A stretch of DNA of 64,000 nt from Vicugna vicugna (lineage: Eukaryota): contig MU058384.1 in the NCBI GenBank assembly GCA_013265495.1, positions 3,953,239 to 4,017,238 on the forward strand, in the 5' to 3' direction. Below, piece by piece: positions 40,051 to 52,046 of this stretch. The notes under the pieces are model-generated. The model did no database searches, was not told the origin of the DNA, and saw only the letters and a program-made list of their open reading frames with translations. The position numbers and the translations under genes were made by a program. Every line of letters begins with the position of its first letter. Position 1 is the first letter of the stretch.

Positions 40051-42430
40051 ATTGTTGATTTTTTTTCCCTTGTGTTCAAAAGCCTCATTTTTAATGAGAA
40101 AATACAAAACTTTGATATTATCTATCAACCACAGGGAATATTTTAAATAACTAAACCTCTCAGGATAAATTAACTTTCAATTATTATTAAAATATTGAGA
40201 TGTTTTATGTGTCATCCTTCAGTTTAGAAGGTCACGTGGTCTGTACTAGGTAGTGATCCTGGCACTCACTAGCACACTCTGCAATAATATGAGAGTATTG
40301 CTTGCTGTTTCACCATTGTTTGCCTACTCTCCGTATGACTATTTAAAGACGACAGTTGTTTAAGAAGGCACTGTAATAGGATCTCCACTTCCTGGTAGAA
40401 AATAGAAGTGGAACTCAAGAGTTTGATAAATATTCTTCCTTTAAAAGGTTATTTGAGGTAAAACTAAGTATTGTTTTAATAGTGTCTAGCCCTGTAGTGA
40501 TTTATACCACAACCTTAAGAAGTACCCTTAATTTTCTGAATTGGAATTATGTAATATGATGATAAATTTAGCAATAGTAGTTCATATTGAAGTGCAAAGA
40601 ACTATTCTAACAATGTTAGGTGTAATTATTCTTCTAAGCCTCACAGTAAATCTGTGAGAAGTTCCTATATTTAGCCACAATTCACCCCGACAGAAGTGAG
40701 GGATAAGAAGGTTAAGTCATTTGCCTTAGACCACACAGTCATGGGTGAATGAATCAAGAAGTAGCTCTCAGTGAATCAGGAAGTAATTGTTACTACCCTT
40801 GGTTACATACAAGTTGTGAAAAACAGGACGATGGGTGCAAAAAAGGAAAAAAAGGACCTTTGCTACATGGAAATCAGAATATAAAAAATGCTAAATTTGT
40901 GGTGGGTGTCATAAGAGCAACAGTGAGCCCTGGCAGGGACGAAGCTCCTGGAGAAGACCTCACAGGCACTGTTCCTCCAGAAGCCATCAGTAGATCACTT
41001 GGGACCAGGATCACTTGGGAGGTTTGTTTAAAATGCAGATTTCTGGGCCCACCCTTGAAGTAGGAAGCATGAATGAGGGTTAGAGCCCAGCTCTGTGTTT
41101 TTATGAGGCTGCTGCCTTAAAGGATAGATTCTGTTTGGATGAAAAAGGATGGCAGCTTTCCCAGCAAGGCAACAACAGGGGCAGAGAGGTGGAGAAGCAT
41201 GGTTTGTTTGGGAAGTGTAGGAAGGAGAAAGATCTGTGGGGAGAAGGAAGAGGCTGTTTTGAAGAGCAATGCAGAATAAGACCGAATAAAGGTATTAAGG
41301 CCAGGTTGAGGTAGGACTTGAGAAATCAGGGAGTTTCAATTTCATGTGGAAATAATCACAGATACTCATGAACAAGAATGTAGCCTGATGAAAAATGTCA
41401 TATAACACGTTGATGGCAATGTCACCCAAATCTGGGTGACAGTTGTGTTTCCTCAGGGGCATCCAATCCACAGTGGGCAATCAAATGCATTAAGGAAAAT
41501 CTGTGAATGAGTAAACTCTTATTTTAAAAATTTTACCTTACCAGTTTTTTTTTTTTTAACATTTCTGAGTATTTCCTAAAAATATTTATTTCTTATTTTG
41601 TCTTTTTGGCTTCTGGATCTCTTGTAGGAAAGGAATATGTTACATTCATAAATGTCTTCAAAGACCTCTGAAGTTATCCTCAAAATGGGGTGTCAAAGTC
41701 AAAGACTATGTAGTGTGAGAGCTAAGAGTGAAGACAGCCATGTCATCCTGCATATCTCTAGGTTTCATGGTTCAGATCTGTTTCTTTTTTCTGCCTCTGA
41801 CCCTCCTGTTTTGTTGGTACAAGCATAAGTTGCTATGGCCTCCACAGGAGACAGTAGGGCGCTATCTATCAAATTTTAAAATTGAGCAATTCTGCTTCTG
41901 TATAGATACACTGACACCTCTATGCAGAGATTTATAACAGTACAGTGATGTTCAAGGTCTGGATTGATCAAATACTGAAAGCAGCTTAGATAGTCAATAA
42001 ATATCTGGTTGTATAAAATAGGCAATGAAATATTATATAGTCACTAAAAAGATTGTTAGTTTCATGTTGGTATAGAAAGATATCTAGGATATATTTTCAG
42101 TGAAAACAGCAAGATGCAGAGCAGGAGGTGTGTTGTGCTACAGTATGTGTGTTATTTATTTATAGAGATGGAGGTGGAATATAAGAGGGTCTAAGGTTAG
42201 AGGAAAACCTCCCTCCCATCTTTTAATATTTTATACCATTTAAGCTTTGACAAAGTCCATTACTGTAAATCTGCCTTTTAAAGTGAATCAAAATGTACAT
42301 TATCATTAAAAGCCTGCCAGTAAGATATTCTCACATAGAAAATTCAGGAAGTGTCATGTGCATGAGTGTGTGTGATCAAAGTAAATGCATCTTAAGACAG
42401 TGTTAGAATTGTGTTCTATGTCTGTTACTT

Positions 42431-43385
42431 CTTTCCTCCAGTTTTATTGAGATATAATCAATATAGAGCACTATATGTTTAAGGTTTGCAGTATAATGAT
42501 TTGACTTACACACGTGATGAAATGGTTACCACAGTAAGTTTAGTGAACATCATCATCTCATATAGACACAAAATTAAAGGAATAGGAAAAGTATTTTTTC
42601 CTTGTGATGAGAGCTCTTAGGATTTATTCTCTTAACAAATTTTATATATAATATACAGCATTGTTAATTATATTTATCATGTTGTATATTACATCCCTAG
42701 TACTTATAACTGGAAGTGTGTGCCTTTTGACTGCCTTCATCCAGTTCCCCCTCCCACCACCTTCTGCCTCTGGTAACCACAAATCTGATCTTTTTCAATG
42801 AGTTTGTATGTTTTTTTGTTTGATTTTGAAGTATAAATGACCTATAACACCAGTTAGTCCCTGTTGCACAATATAGTGATTAGGTATTTCTGTGCATTTC
42901 AAAATGATCACCACGATAAGTCTGGTTACTGTCTCACCATACAAAGATACTACATAGTTACTGACTATATTCTCCACTCTGTACATTTCATACCCATGAC
43001 TCATTTATTTTGCAGCTGAAAGTTTGTACCTCTTAATCTTCCTCACTTATTTTTCTCCTCCCCCCACCCCACGTCCCTCTGGCAGCCACCTGTTTTTTTT
43101 TTTTTTGTATCCATGACTGTTTCTGTTTGGTTCTGTTTGTTCATTGGTTTTTTTAGATTCAACATATAAGTGAACTCATACAGTACTTGCCTTTTCTCTA
43201 ACTTATTTCACTTTTCATAATACTCTCTAGGTCCATCCATGTTGTCACAAATGGCAAGATTTCATTCTTTTCTATGACTGAATAATATTCCATTGTCTGT
43301 GTATGCCCATCTTCTTTATCCTTTCATCTATTGATGGGCATTTAGGTTGCTTCCCTATCTTGGCTGTTGTGAATAATGCTGTCCA
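42431..43385 (-). mobile_element. 5'-truncated artiodactyl-type L1 3' end with two tandem 3'UTR modules
   Basis: L1 ORF2-end and 3'UTR motifs (ttgatgggcatttaggttgcttcc, ttagattcaacatataagtg); TSD tctgttactt at 42421-42430 and 43386-43395. Confidence 0.85.
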
Positions 43386-44771
43386 TCTGTTACTTTTAAT
43401 ATGTGTTCTCAGAGACATCAATCATTTCATTCAGTCATTCAGTAAATATTTATTGTGCACATACTATGTGCTTTTACTTAAAGTAAACTTTTACTTGGGC
43501 CTGAGAATTTCTTTAAAACTATGGGCTTTTAAAATTAGAAAGAAGGAACCTTGAAGATCAATTTCTTCCTGTTTTAGGCAAAAGAAACCCGAAATCCAAA
43601 TAAACTTGTCCGGGTCTCACCATGTGTTAGCAGCAGAGCTGCTGGGAGAACCCAGACCTCCTACGTGCCCATCCCCAGTTCTCTGTGTGCACCACCCTCA
43701 GCGCTGTCAGAGGACCAACTCACCTTGGGTTTTCCTCAGCCTTTTCTTTCCATGATAGTAAAGTCAGTTCAGATCCCTTTCAGTGGATTTGGCTCCTCAA
43801 ATGAGTATTTCCGGAAAGACTTAATTGGTAGCAAAGATATAGAATCTCTAATATTAAATATTTAGAGGAAACCAAATGTTCTGAATTTTATTTTTTTCTC
43901 TTAAAAAGTAGCATTTTAATTTATATACTATGTACTGTCTTCAAAGTTTATGCTATATGTTTTGTTTGGATACTTTTGCCTATAATGTTAATCACTCATA
44001 TTAAAAACGTGTTTGGTTGTCATGGCTGAAGAAGCATCATATTAAAAAAATAGTTTTGTGGCGTATACTTTTCCCTAAAGTGAGCAAGGAGCATGCATAT
44101 GTAAAGAAGAAAGGAAGGAAGCATTCCATCACTGAACAGCATTTTTTGAATTGTATGTTTTTACTCAGCTCTCAATATTAAGTCGCCCATAACTAGGTTA
44201 TGAGCGTGTCCGACGCAAGGTCAGTTGCTTATTTGGTCCCTCACATCCTTCTGCTGACTCAGTGTGACATACCCGTGAGGCATATCTTTCATCAACTATC
44301 AGTGTTTCAGATTCTCACCCAAATCCTTCTAATACTTACCGAACCAACGCTACGATGGAACAAGTGAAGGCACTGACTTTCGCTGTGGAGTTTGTCACAT
44401 TCTTTAATGAGAGAGACAGATGGTGCTACTGTTGGGCTTGAGGGCATCATTTCCGTATTAGCACTGAGACCAGAGCGTGTGATGTAGGCTTTCTTCTCCA
44501 GTAATAATGAACCAGACTAGAGGGTTTTTCCAGTTCCCAACGAGTCGAATTCAGTGCATCTTTTTCGGCCTCATTGTTTGCATATTAAATTATACTAAAA
44601 ATTAACAGTAGTACTTTTTCCCTGAAAATATAAGGAAAGCAAAGGCCATGGTTGCTTCATAGAAACCAGGGAATCCCTCCATGTGTGTTAGATGCAGGCC
44701 ACTTACACAGCCCTGACTGTTCAAGTTTTCAACCTGCCTGTGTTTGGTTTCCCTCCTTTCTATTGCTGAAG

Positions 44772-44935
44772 CTGCGAGAGAAGTCATCTGGTTGGAGAGA
44801 GAAGAGCGAGCCAGGCAGCACTACGAAAAGCACCTGGAGGAGCGGAGGAAGAAGTTAGAGGAGCAGAGGCTGAAGGAAGAACGGAGGAGGGCTGCTGTGG
44901 AGGAGAAGCGGAGGCAGAGGCTCGAGGAGGACAAG
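44772..44935 (+). CDS. MAP7: MAP7 coding exon (exon 4 equivalent), 164 nt, phase 1-0; E/R/K-rich helix
   Basis: ttgctgaag| acceptor; AAREVIWLEREERARQHYEKHLEERRKKLEEQRLKEERRRAAVEEKRRQRLEEDK; donor AAG|gtgaga. Confidence 0.96.
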
Positions 44936-45764
44936 GTGAGATGCTCGGGAAAGGGCCGCGGGCTCGTCTGTTCCAGAAACGCAGCACATTTACCATGAAG
45001 CTCTCCATTCAGGTGCTGGGATGCGCGGCAGGAAGGCTTCAGAGGCAGCAGCTTTACGGATAGTCAGTTTCTAGGGGAGGTTGTGGCATGGAAATCCGAT
45101 TGAGAATCGTATGGTTGTTGTCGCCACAGAAACTTTAAAAGCCCATTTCTCTGGCCTAGGTCTGTAACTTACTTTTGTTTACTTCATCTATACTGAAGTG
45201 GTAAGACTGCTCCCAGGAACTGGATTTCTGGAGGGCTTTACCTTTTACATTTTCGCATACATTATCTCATTTAACTCTTACTCAGCCCTCAAGTAAGTGT
45301 TACCAGTTTTTGTGAAAGTAGAAGTGTAGACTCGGAATCAGTAAGTTACACGAAGTCATACAATTCATTAAGTTGTGGGGTCAGGATTACCCACATCCTC
45401 AGATTCCTAAATGTTGTTTTTAAGATACAGTACCGCATGTGTCAAACATCTGTCTGAGCTAAGACCTGCACCACCAGACTCATGTGAGTTGATGAAACCA
45501 TCATACTCCCAGTAGTAATAATAACGGTCATTTATTGAAGTACCTGCTGTCTGCCAAGGGCTTTATCGACTGGAACTTAATAATGTCAATAACCTCCCCT
45601 CCCCAGGTTAATATTACTCTCACATTAAGGTGTCGGACTTAGGAGATAGATCAGGAGTACTAAGGTTGAAATCTAAGCAGCACCTCTCACTCCACTCTGT
45701 CTTGAGTTGAAGAATCCTCAACCAGCAAGGTTGACTAATCGTCAGCCCCTCGGTTCCATTTAAG

Positions 45765-45882
45765 GAACGCCATGAAGCTGTTGTACGACGTACGATGGAA
45801 AGGAGCCAGAAGCCAAAACAGAAGCATAACCGGTGGTCCTGGGGAGGTGCTCTCCATGGGAGCCCCAGCATCCACAGTGCAG
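45765..45882 (+). CDS. MAP7: MAP7 coding exon (exon 5 equivalent), 118 nt, phase 0-1
   Basis: ccatttaag| acceptor; ERHEAVVRRTMERSQKPKQKHNRWSWGGALHGSPSIHSA; donor CAG|gtaagt. Confidence 0.96.
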
Positions 45883-46577
45883 GTAAGTAGACAGCAACTG
45901 CTTTCAGAAACTACTATTTTTTTTTCCTGCACAGTGAAAGTCTCACTTGCTTCTTTATTCTAAGTCTATATTTGCAAAACAAAAATCCTGCAGAAATAAT
46001 TAAGCTACAATTAAATGTTGCTTCTACTGTTTGAGGATAAGGGGGTGATGGAGGTAAGAAGATAAGGTCCCCTCCCTCCACATGGGCTGCTTTTCTCATT
46101 TGTTACAAAATTCTTTAAAGAAATAGAAATCTCTGCAGTGTTTCTAAATAAATAGCTAGTTTCAACTCTATGTTATTATAAGTAATTGATTTGTATAGGG
46201 GTTTCAGGACGATGGAATAGGTTAACCCGTTTTGTCTCTGTCTCTGGAGGAGTCATAGCAATATTGATGATCAGAGCTAATACCATGAGCTTATGTATCC
46301 TGACCCTACAGTGTATGCAACAATCAGGCTCAGTGAGAGGAAGAGCAGATTTCTGAAGCTAGAAATAATTGTGGATGTCAAAGCGATTCCCTTGTTCTTA
46401 AATGGACATAAAATCATACTGACATTTGGACTTAGCAAAAGGCTTTACTTTTGTACTGTAAATTCAATATGCCTTGGATTTTATATAGTGTGTCAGTTCT
46501 TTTTCATTTGTGTGAGTCTAATAAACTTTTTTTTTTAATTTACTTTGAATAGTCATTGTCTTACATTCTGTCCCCAG

Positions 46578-46664
46578 GTGGTTTTGTTGAATCATCATTC
46601 ACCTTTCTCGATTTAGCAGGCCTGGACCACCACTTCACAACTTTTGGTGGTACTAGAAAACCTG
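46578..46664 (+). CDS. MAP7: Putative alternative MAP7 cassette exon, 87 nt, phase 1-1 (GGFVESSFTFLDLAGLDHHFTTFGGTRKP)
   Basis: Acceptor ttacattctgtccccag|; stop-free in the MAP7 frame; length divisible by 3; donor G|gtacag, the same as the next exon's donor. Confidence 0.65.
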
Positions 46665-48967
46665 GTACAGACATCCTTGTGATTTGCCGATTGCCTGACC
46701 TGTAGCTAGCTCCTCAGACCTAGGGCCAGCTCATCAGTAGCTGAACCATCACCACCTTAGTCATAACGCATGCTTACTGTCCTGCTGCGTAGACCTAGAT
46801 CTGGGATACGGCACAGTGTTTCTCAAGTGTTGAGAATGTAGCTCAGGTGACTTAAAGGTATGGAAATAAAATAATTACATGTGATATGTTTACTTTCTCT
46901 TTAAAGGATCATTTTGGATAAAACCTTAAAAAAATGGTTTTTTGCTGATAAATCACCTGGGATCAAAGTACATCTGGTTTGTCTTTATCCACCCAACCCC
47001 ACCGCGCAGTCAGTGTAGCTATTAACACTTCCAGTTTTCATCTAAGACTGAATTTTTGTTTGTTTGCTCTTCTCTTTCACTCCTAATGTTCAGTGTATCT
47101 TCTGTAACCCTTCATTTAATAAAAATCTAAATGTATTATTGCCAGAACTTTCTTTCCTATGCAGTGAACCATACTTGAAAGCACCCCTGCCTTAGCTCTT
47201 CATGACCCCTTGGTGTTTGAGGTGGGGCGCATATCAAATCTGGGATCACTAGGACCACTTATATGCGACACTCCATTCTAGGGATGGTTTTGCATATGTG
47301 TTTCATGCAAAAAAGCTGTCAAGGTGTATATTTTTGTAAACTTACATATTTTTCTTTTACTTAGCTTCATGTTTTACATGTGTATGTTACACATGTAAAT
47401 CTGCTAAAGATTTTCAAACATTTCTGAGGGGAAATGAAGTTACTTAACTTTAATTCTTGTTTTCCATGCTCAGAATTTAACATATGATCTTTGTTGTTGC
47501 CACTTAGAGCAAGAGAAACCAACGTTGTATTTGTGAGCTGTTGGATAAAATCCATTTTATAAGAACTGTGAACTAGAAGAAATTGCCCCTATACTAGAAC
47601 AGAGAAGTTTGAAAATAATGGGAATTTGCCAAAATTCTCAAAGGTCAAAATGATCTGCTGTGGTCCTAAGAGCAGTGACCAGGTCTTACTCATTTTGAGT
47701 ACCCCTTACTTCACAGCAATGCCTAACTTGTGGTAGGTACTCAGTGTTTATTTTTACCAACAAACAGATCCTAAAAATTAAATTTAATCCAGATTAAATC
47801 AGTGTGTTGTCTGACTGCCCGCACATCAACTAGCGCTGCTTTGTAAAACTTCATACTTTTTAAACTGATTCTTCATAAATCCTTTTGTGTATTTGTGTTT
47901 TACTCAGAGAGAAAATAAGAGATTAAACATTCTTATGTGTTAAGTAATATAATAAATAAATACATTTACTATACCTCCATATAGGCCTGCATGTAGACAT
48001 AATTTTTCCCCCAGAGCTTAACATACAAAGCAATATCAGAAAATGTATTGCTATGAAATCTCCTGGAAATGACTTTCATTATCGTTCCTTGTGCCCTTGA
48101 ACCTCACGTTTTATCACTGAGATGTTCCTTTTGACAGTTTTACCTTAAATCTTTTCTTTATGTTAGCATTGCCCTAAGAGCCCATCAGTTAAGTGTAAAT
48201 TTGAGTCGCAGAAACGTTGTTTGGTTACTTTTCTTTTAATAATTAAAGTGCTTCATGTAATTCAATAGTACTTCAATAAATTTTTTAAAAATTTAATTAA
48301 ATGGCTTCATTCATGAAAACGAGTCCTTGTAGAAGATAGGAATATCTGATGTTGGTGGAAGGCTTGCTTATCCCCTGTAATAATGACCAAAAATGGTTAT
48401 TCTGTGGGGGAAAGTTTAAACCTTTTACTACCAGGGTTAGACCAATGGGAACTAGGTTTGAAGGCCTCTTCCACAAGGAATATTTTGGTTTGTTTTCAGT
48501 TTTAGAGGAAGTTAACAATAGAAAATAAAACAAGATATGGCAAAATCCCTGTAACTTTGACTCTTGAAGGTCAGAACATCTCCCTGCCTCCTAGGTAAAT
48601 GTAGGGATGAAATGTTTAGACTTTTATTATATGCAGTTTTATTCAGGGAACATGATGCATGCTAGTGAGCTTGGTTACAGTTACAGCTTGGCTCCACTGC
48701 ACAGAGAAACTATCAGAGCTGAGTTTTATCTTTACACAGCTATTATTTCTCTTCTGACTTGAACTTTAAGAACTACTCAAAAATTATCCAACAGCAGTAA
48801 GAATATTATTAATAAACTTAAATAGAAGGAATTCTGATTTTCTTTTTATTGCCACCAGTTTTGGTAGCCAAGTTTATAGGCTAATTCAACATCTTTAAAC
48901 TACACTAAACTTTGTGTTATAGGCACAGAGGTGTGGTTATTAGTCGACTTTTAAAAAGAAATGAATA

Positions 48968-49247
48968 ACAGAGTCACAGACATAGAAAACAAACTGTTGG
49001 TTAACAGGGGGAAAAAGGGGTGGGAAGGGATAAAATAGGAGTTTGATTTGTAGAACTAACTACTATATATAAAATAGATAAATAACAAATTTCTACTATA
49101 TAACATAGGAAACTATATTGAATATCTTGTAACCTATAATGAAAAAGAATATGAAAATGAATATATGTATGTATATGTATGACTGAAACATTATGCTGTA
49201 CACCAGAAATTGACACAACATTGTAAACTGACATACTTCAATTAAAA
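48968..49247 (+). mobile_element. L1 3'UTR fragment (sense to MAP7)
   Basis: acagacatagaaaacaaact...tatgctgtacaccagaaattgacacaacattgtaaactgacatacttcaattaaaa. Confidence 0.85.
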
Positions 49248-49634
49248 CCCACAAATATTTACCATACTAGTGTTTCGTTCCCTAATATTTAATTGCTTAA
49301 TTTCCCAAAGGAAAAAAAATTTTAATAAAAAAAGGAAAAAGAAACGCTATAGGAGCCATCCTTTCCACACCTAAAGTATTTCTTTTACTTTCTTCTTAAT
49401 CTGTATTTCTATGAAGAACTCTAATGACCTGGGTAAAATGACTCTACATGCAAAGATACCAGCAAATGCACACAACCTAGTGTTCTTTTCATTCTAGTGT
49501 TTGCGTCCTATCTTACCAGCACTGTTACTACCGCATTCTTCCCACTTTGGGAAATGATGCAGGCATTCGCTTTTATGGGCTGTTTTGTTGTCGTTGTTTT
49601 GCTTCACAGTCTGCCTCCATTATTTTCGTTGCCC

Positions 49635-49757
49635 TCATCTGCAACTTTACTAAATTCTCCAGATAGAGGTGCAGTCAAAAGGAAAACAAAAAACGTGTTC
49701 TGTTATTTACTTAATGCTTTTTTTTTCTGGATGTTTACAGATAAAAATAAGCATCTG
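49635..49757 (+). repeat. 123-bp direct duplicate of 50124-50246 (exon 6 3' end, donor and intron start)
   Basis: Two substitutions by eye (gtgcag vs gtacag; aaaaaac vs aaaaaaa); offset 489 bp. Confidence 0.95.
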
Positions 49758-50046
49758 CTGGCTTTCCTTTGATCTTCCTCCATTTGTCGTATTATAACAG
49801 TATGCTTGGATTTCCCTGGGTGACAAACTGATGAGCTGAGTAGCTACTTTATCCTATGAGGAAAATGAATATTATTTCTTGCCTTTAAGTTACCTTTAAA
49901 ATGTCCACTTAGAAAACTGTGCTGTAGTAAAGATCTAGTAATAGAGCTGAAAGCATCCAATCCTAGTTTTTCCTTCCATCAGTGAACTAGGAAATTTGCA
50001 ATCCTGCATGCTGGCTGTCAATTAGCATTATCTCCATTTGTTTTAG

Positions 50047-50157
50047 ATCCAGACAGGCGGTCAGTTTCCACCATGAATCTTTCGAAACATGTTGATCCGG
50101 TCATTAGCAAGCGGCTCTCCTCTTCATCTGCAACTTTACTAAATTCTCCAGATAGAG
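50047..50157 (+). CDS. MAP7: MAP7 coding exon (exon 6 equivalent), 111 nt, phase 1-1, skippable in frame
   Basis: ccatttgttttag| acceptor; DPDRRSVSTMNLSKHVDPVISKRLSSSSATLLNSPDR; donor G|gtacag. Confidence 0.96.
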
Positions 50158-51978
50158 GTACAGTCAAAAGGAAAACAAAAAAAGTGTTCTGTTATTTACT
50201 TAATGCTTTTTTTTTCTGGATGTTTACAGATAAAAATAAGCATCTGAAGTTGCTTTCCCTACGTTTCTTAAATAGGAAGAAAAAAACTTCAGAGTAAAAA
50301 AGCAATAAACGTCTGAGCAGCATTTTCCTTGCGACAAGAACATTTCTCATTTTAGAACTTGGCTGAATGGTTGCATTTAGCAGTGATGGAAGCGGTGCTT
50401 CTCTCAAGTTTTTAGTACATGAGTTTACAGCTCCAGAAATCACCCACTTATCCACCAACATGCAAATAATCTTTGTTATGAACATTTATTTTACTTCAAT
50501 CAGATTGTCTTTGACTTTCCACCTGTACTTTGGGAATTCCAGGCTTTAACTTTCTAAAAAACCTTTTTAAATGATTCATGTTGGTAGATTTCATTTTACT
50601 AATTTATTTCCCCTTTAACCAAACCTTTCTTACTGCATTTCTTGTGTGCGTGAGTGATTGGTTTTTTTGGTGTCCATTCATTTAAAAGGATTTGGCCTAA
50701 CTTCAAGAATATCATCATTTAAGCCTCCTGAGTATTTTAATATTCATAGTCCTCCAATTAACATTTTATTTGACTTTTGAGTTTTATTCATCCCATGGAT
50801 TTACAGTACATGAATGTTGAGTTATTTATAAAATAAAAGTTTTATTTTATATATTTATATATCATAGAATGAAAAATCAAGCATTTAAGATGTTACTTGT
50901 TTTACATAACTAAAATGATTTTAAATTTAAAAAACCAAAGAATTATTATGCAATATAAAAACATATACTCTTCAAAAGTAACAAATTATGGTTACTTTAA
51001 GTGCTTTATTAAGAAACTGATTGGTTTTGAAGTGTTTATAGTCTTTAAAAAGAATGTAAAGTGTGCATGTTCTATATGTGTGTATGTGTATTTGTATATT
51101 TTGTATTGTATAAAAGTTATGGTGTCATTGTAATGTACAATATAATGTGTTCATGTTATAACTAATCTCTTAAAGCAGTAAATGTTTGAACAACTTCCTA
51201 TTCTTGTCTTTTAACCTAATCTTTTTTAACCTAATTTGCATGAATCATCAATATGAGACGTGTAGTCAAACTAGGGGCCTTTTATATATTAGAAAAAAGT
51301 TTTATGAGTTAGAGTTCCTTTCCTAAGTAGCATTTATTTTCAAACTCATTCCCTTAATATAATGTAAAATATAGCATGTGATTGCTGTTCTTACAGTTGC
51401 CTATTCAAGTTTCTTCGGAATCGGTCACTTACTCAGCACTTGAATTTTATATTTTTGTGAACCTGGATCTCAGGCAAACTATAATTGGGACTTCAGTAAT
51501 TTTCACTTAAACCTTGCTTATTGCCTCCTGCAGTCCCATAGCTGAAACTGGGGCAAGGATGGAGTGACGAAATGGGCAATAAACCAAACAGTGTCCTATT
51601 GACACTTCTGTGGAATGACAGTGCTGTGTCACCTAGAAATAAGATGTTATGTAGATTCTTCATGATACTATCTGACTGGATATCCTTAAGTAATTGGATC
51701 TTAAAACTGGGAAAAATTTGTCTCTAAGAGGCGAAGGGCCTGACTTATCCTCCAGGTTAATTGCTGGACAGCAGGGACCAGGACAGAGATCTCCAGCTCC
51801 TAACCCATATTGTTGCCAAGCTGCATCTTCTGTTCTTTCCTTCATGGATGCCCTTCCTTAGCTCAGTCCTAATTCCCTGCCTTCTTCCTTTGGTGAGGTT
51901 AGGGGTCAGGGGCAGCTCAATAAGCAGTTCATAGCTGGGGCCAGGAAATTGCCCCTTGAATCATGGCACAGACCTATA

Positions 51979-52046
51979 AAATACTCAGCTGGACTAACAG
52001 GATAATGGGGACAAATACTCAGCTACACTAATAGGATAATGGGGAC
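51979..52046. repeat. 34-bp tandem duplication (2 copies, 3 mismatches)
   Basis: aaatactcagctggactaacaggataatggggac / aaatactcagctacactaataggataatggggac. Confidence 0.9.

Noticed and set aside
49497..49772. 91-aa ORF containing SSATLLNSPDR, resembling a duplicated alternative MAP7 exon
   Set aside because: Only 34 nt of exon were copied. From the available acceptor at 49610 the MAP7 frame hits TAA, so it is not a coding mutually exclusive exon.
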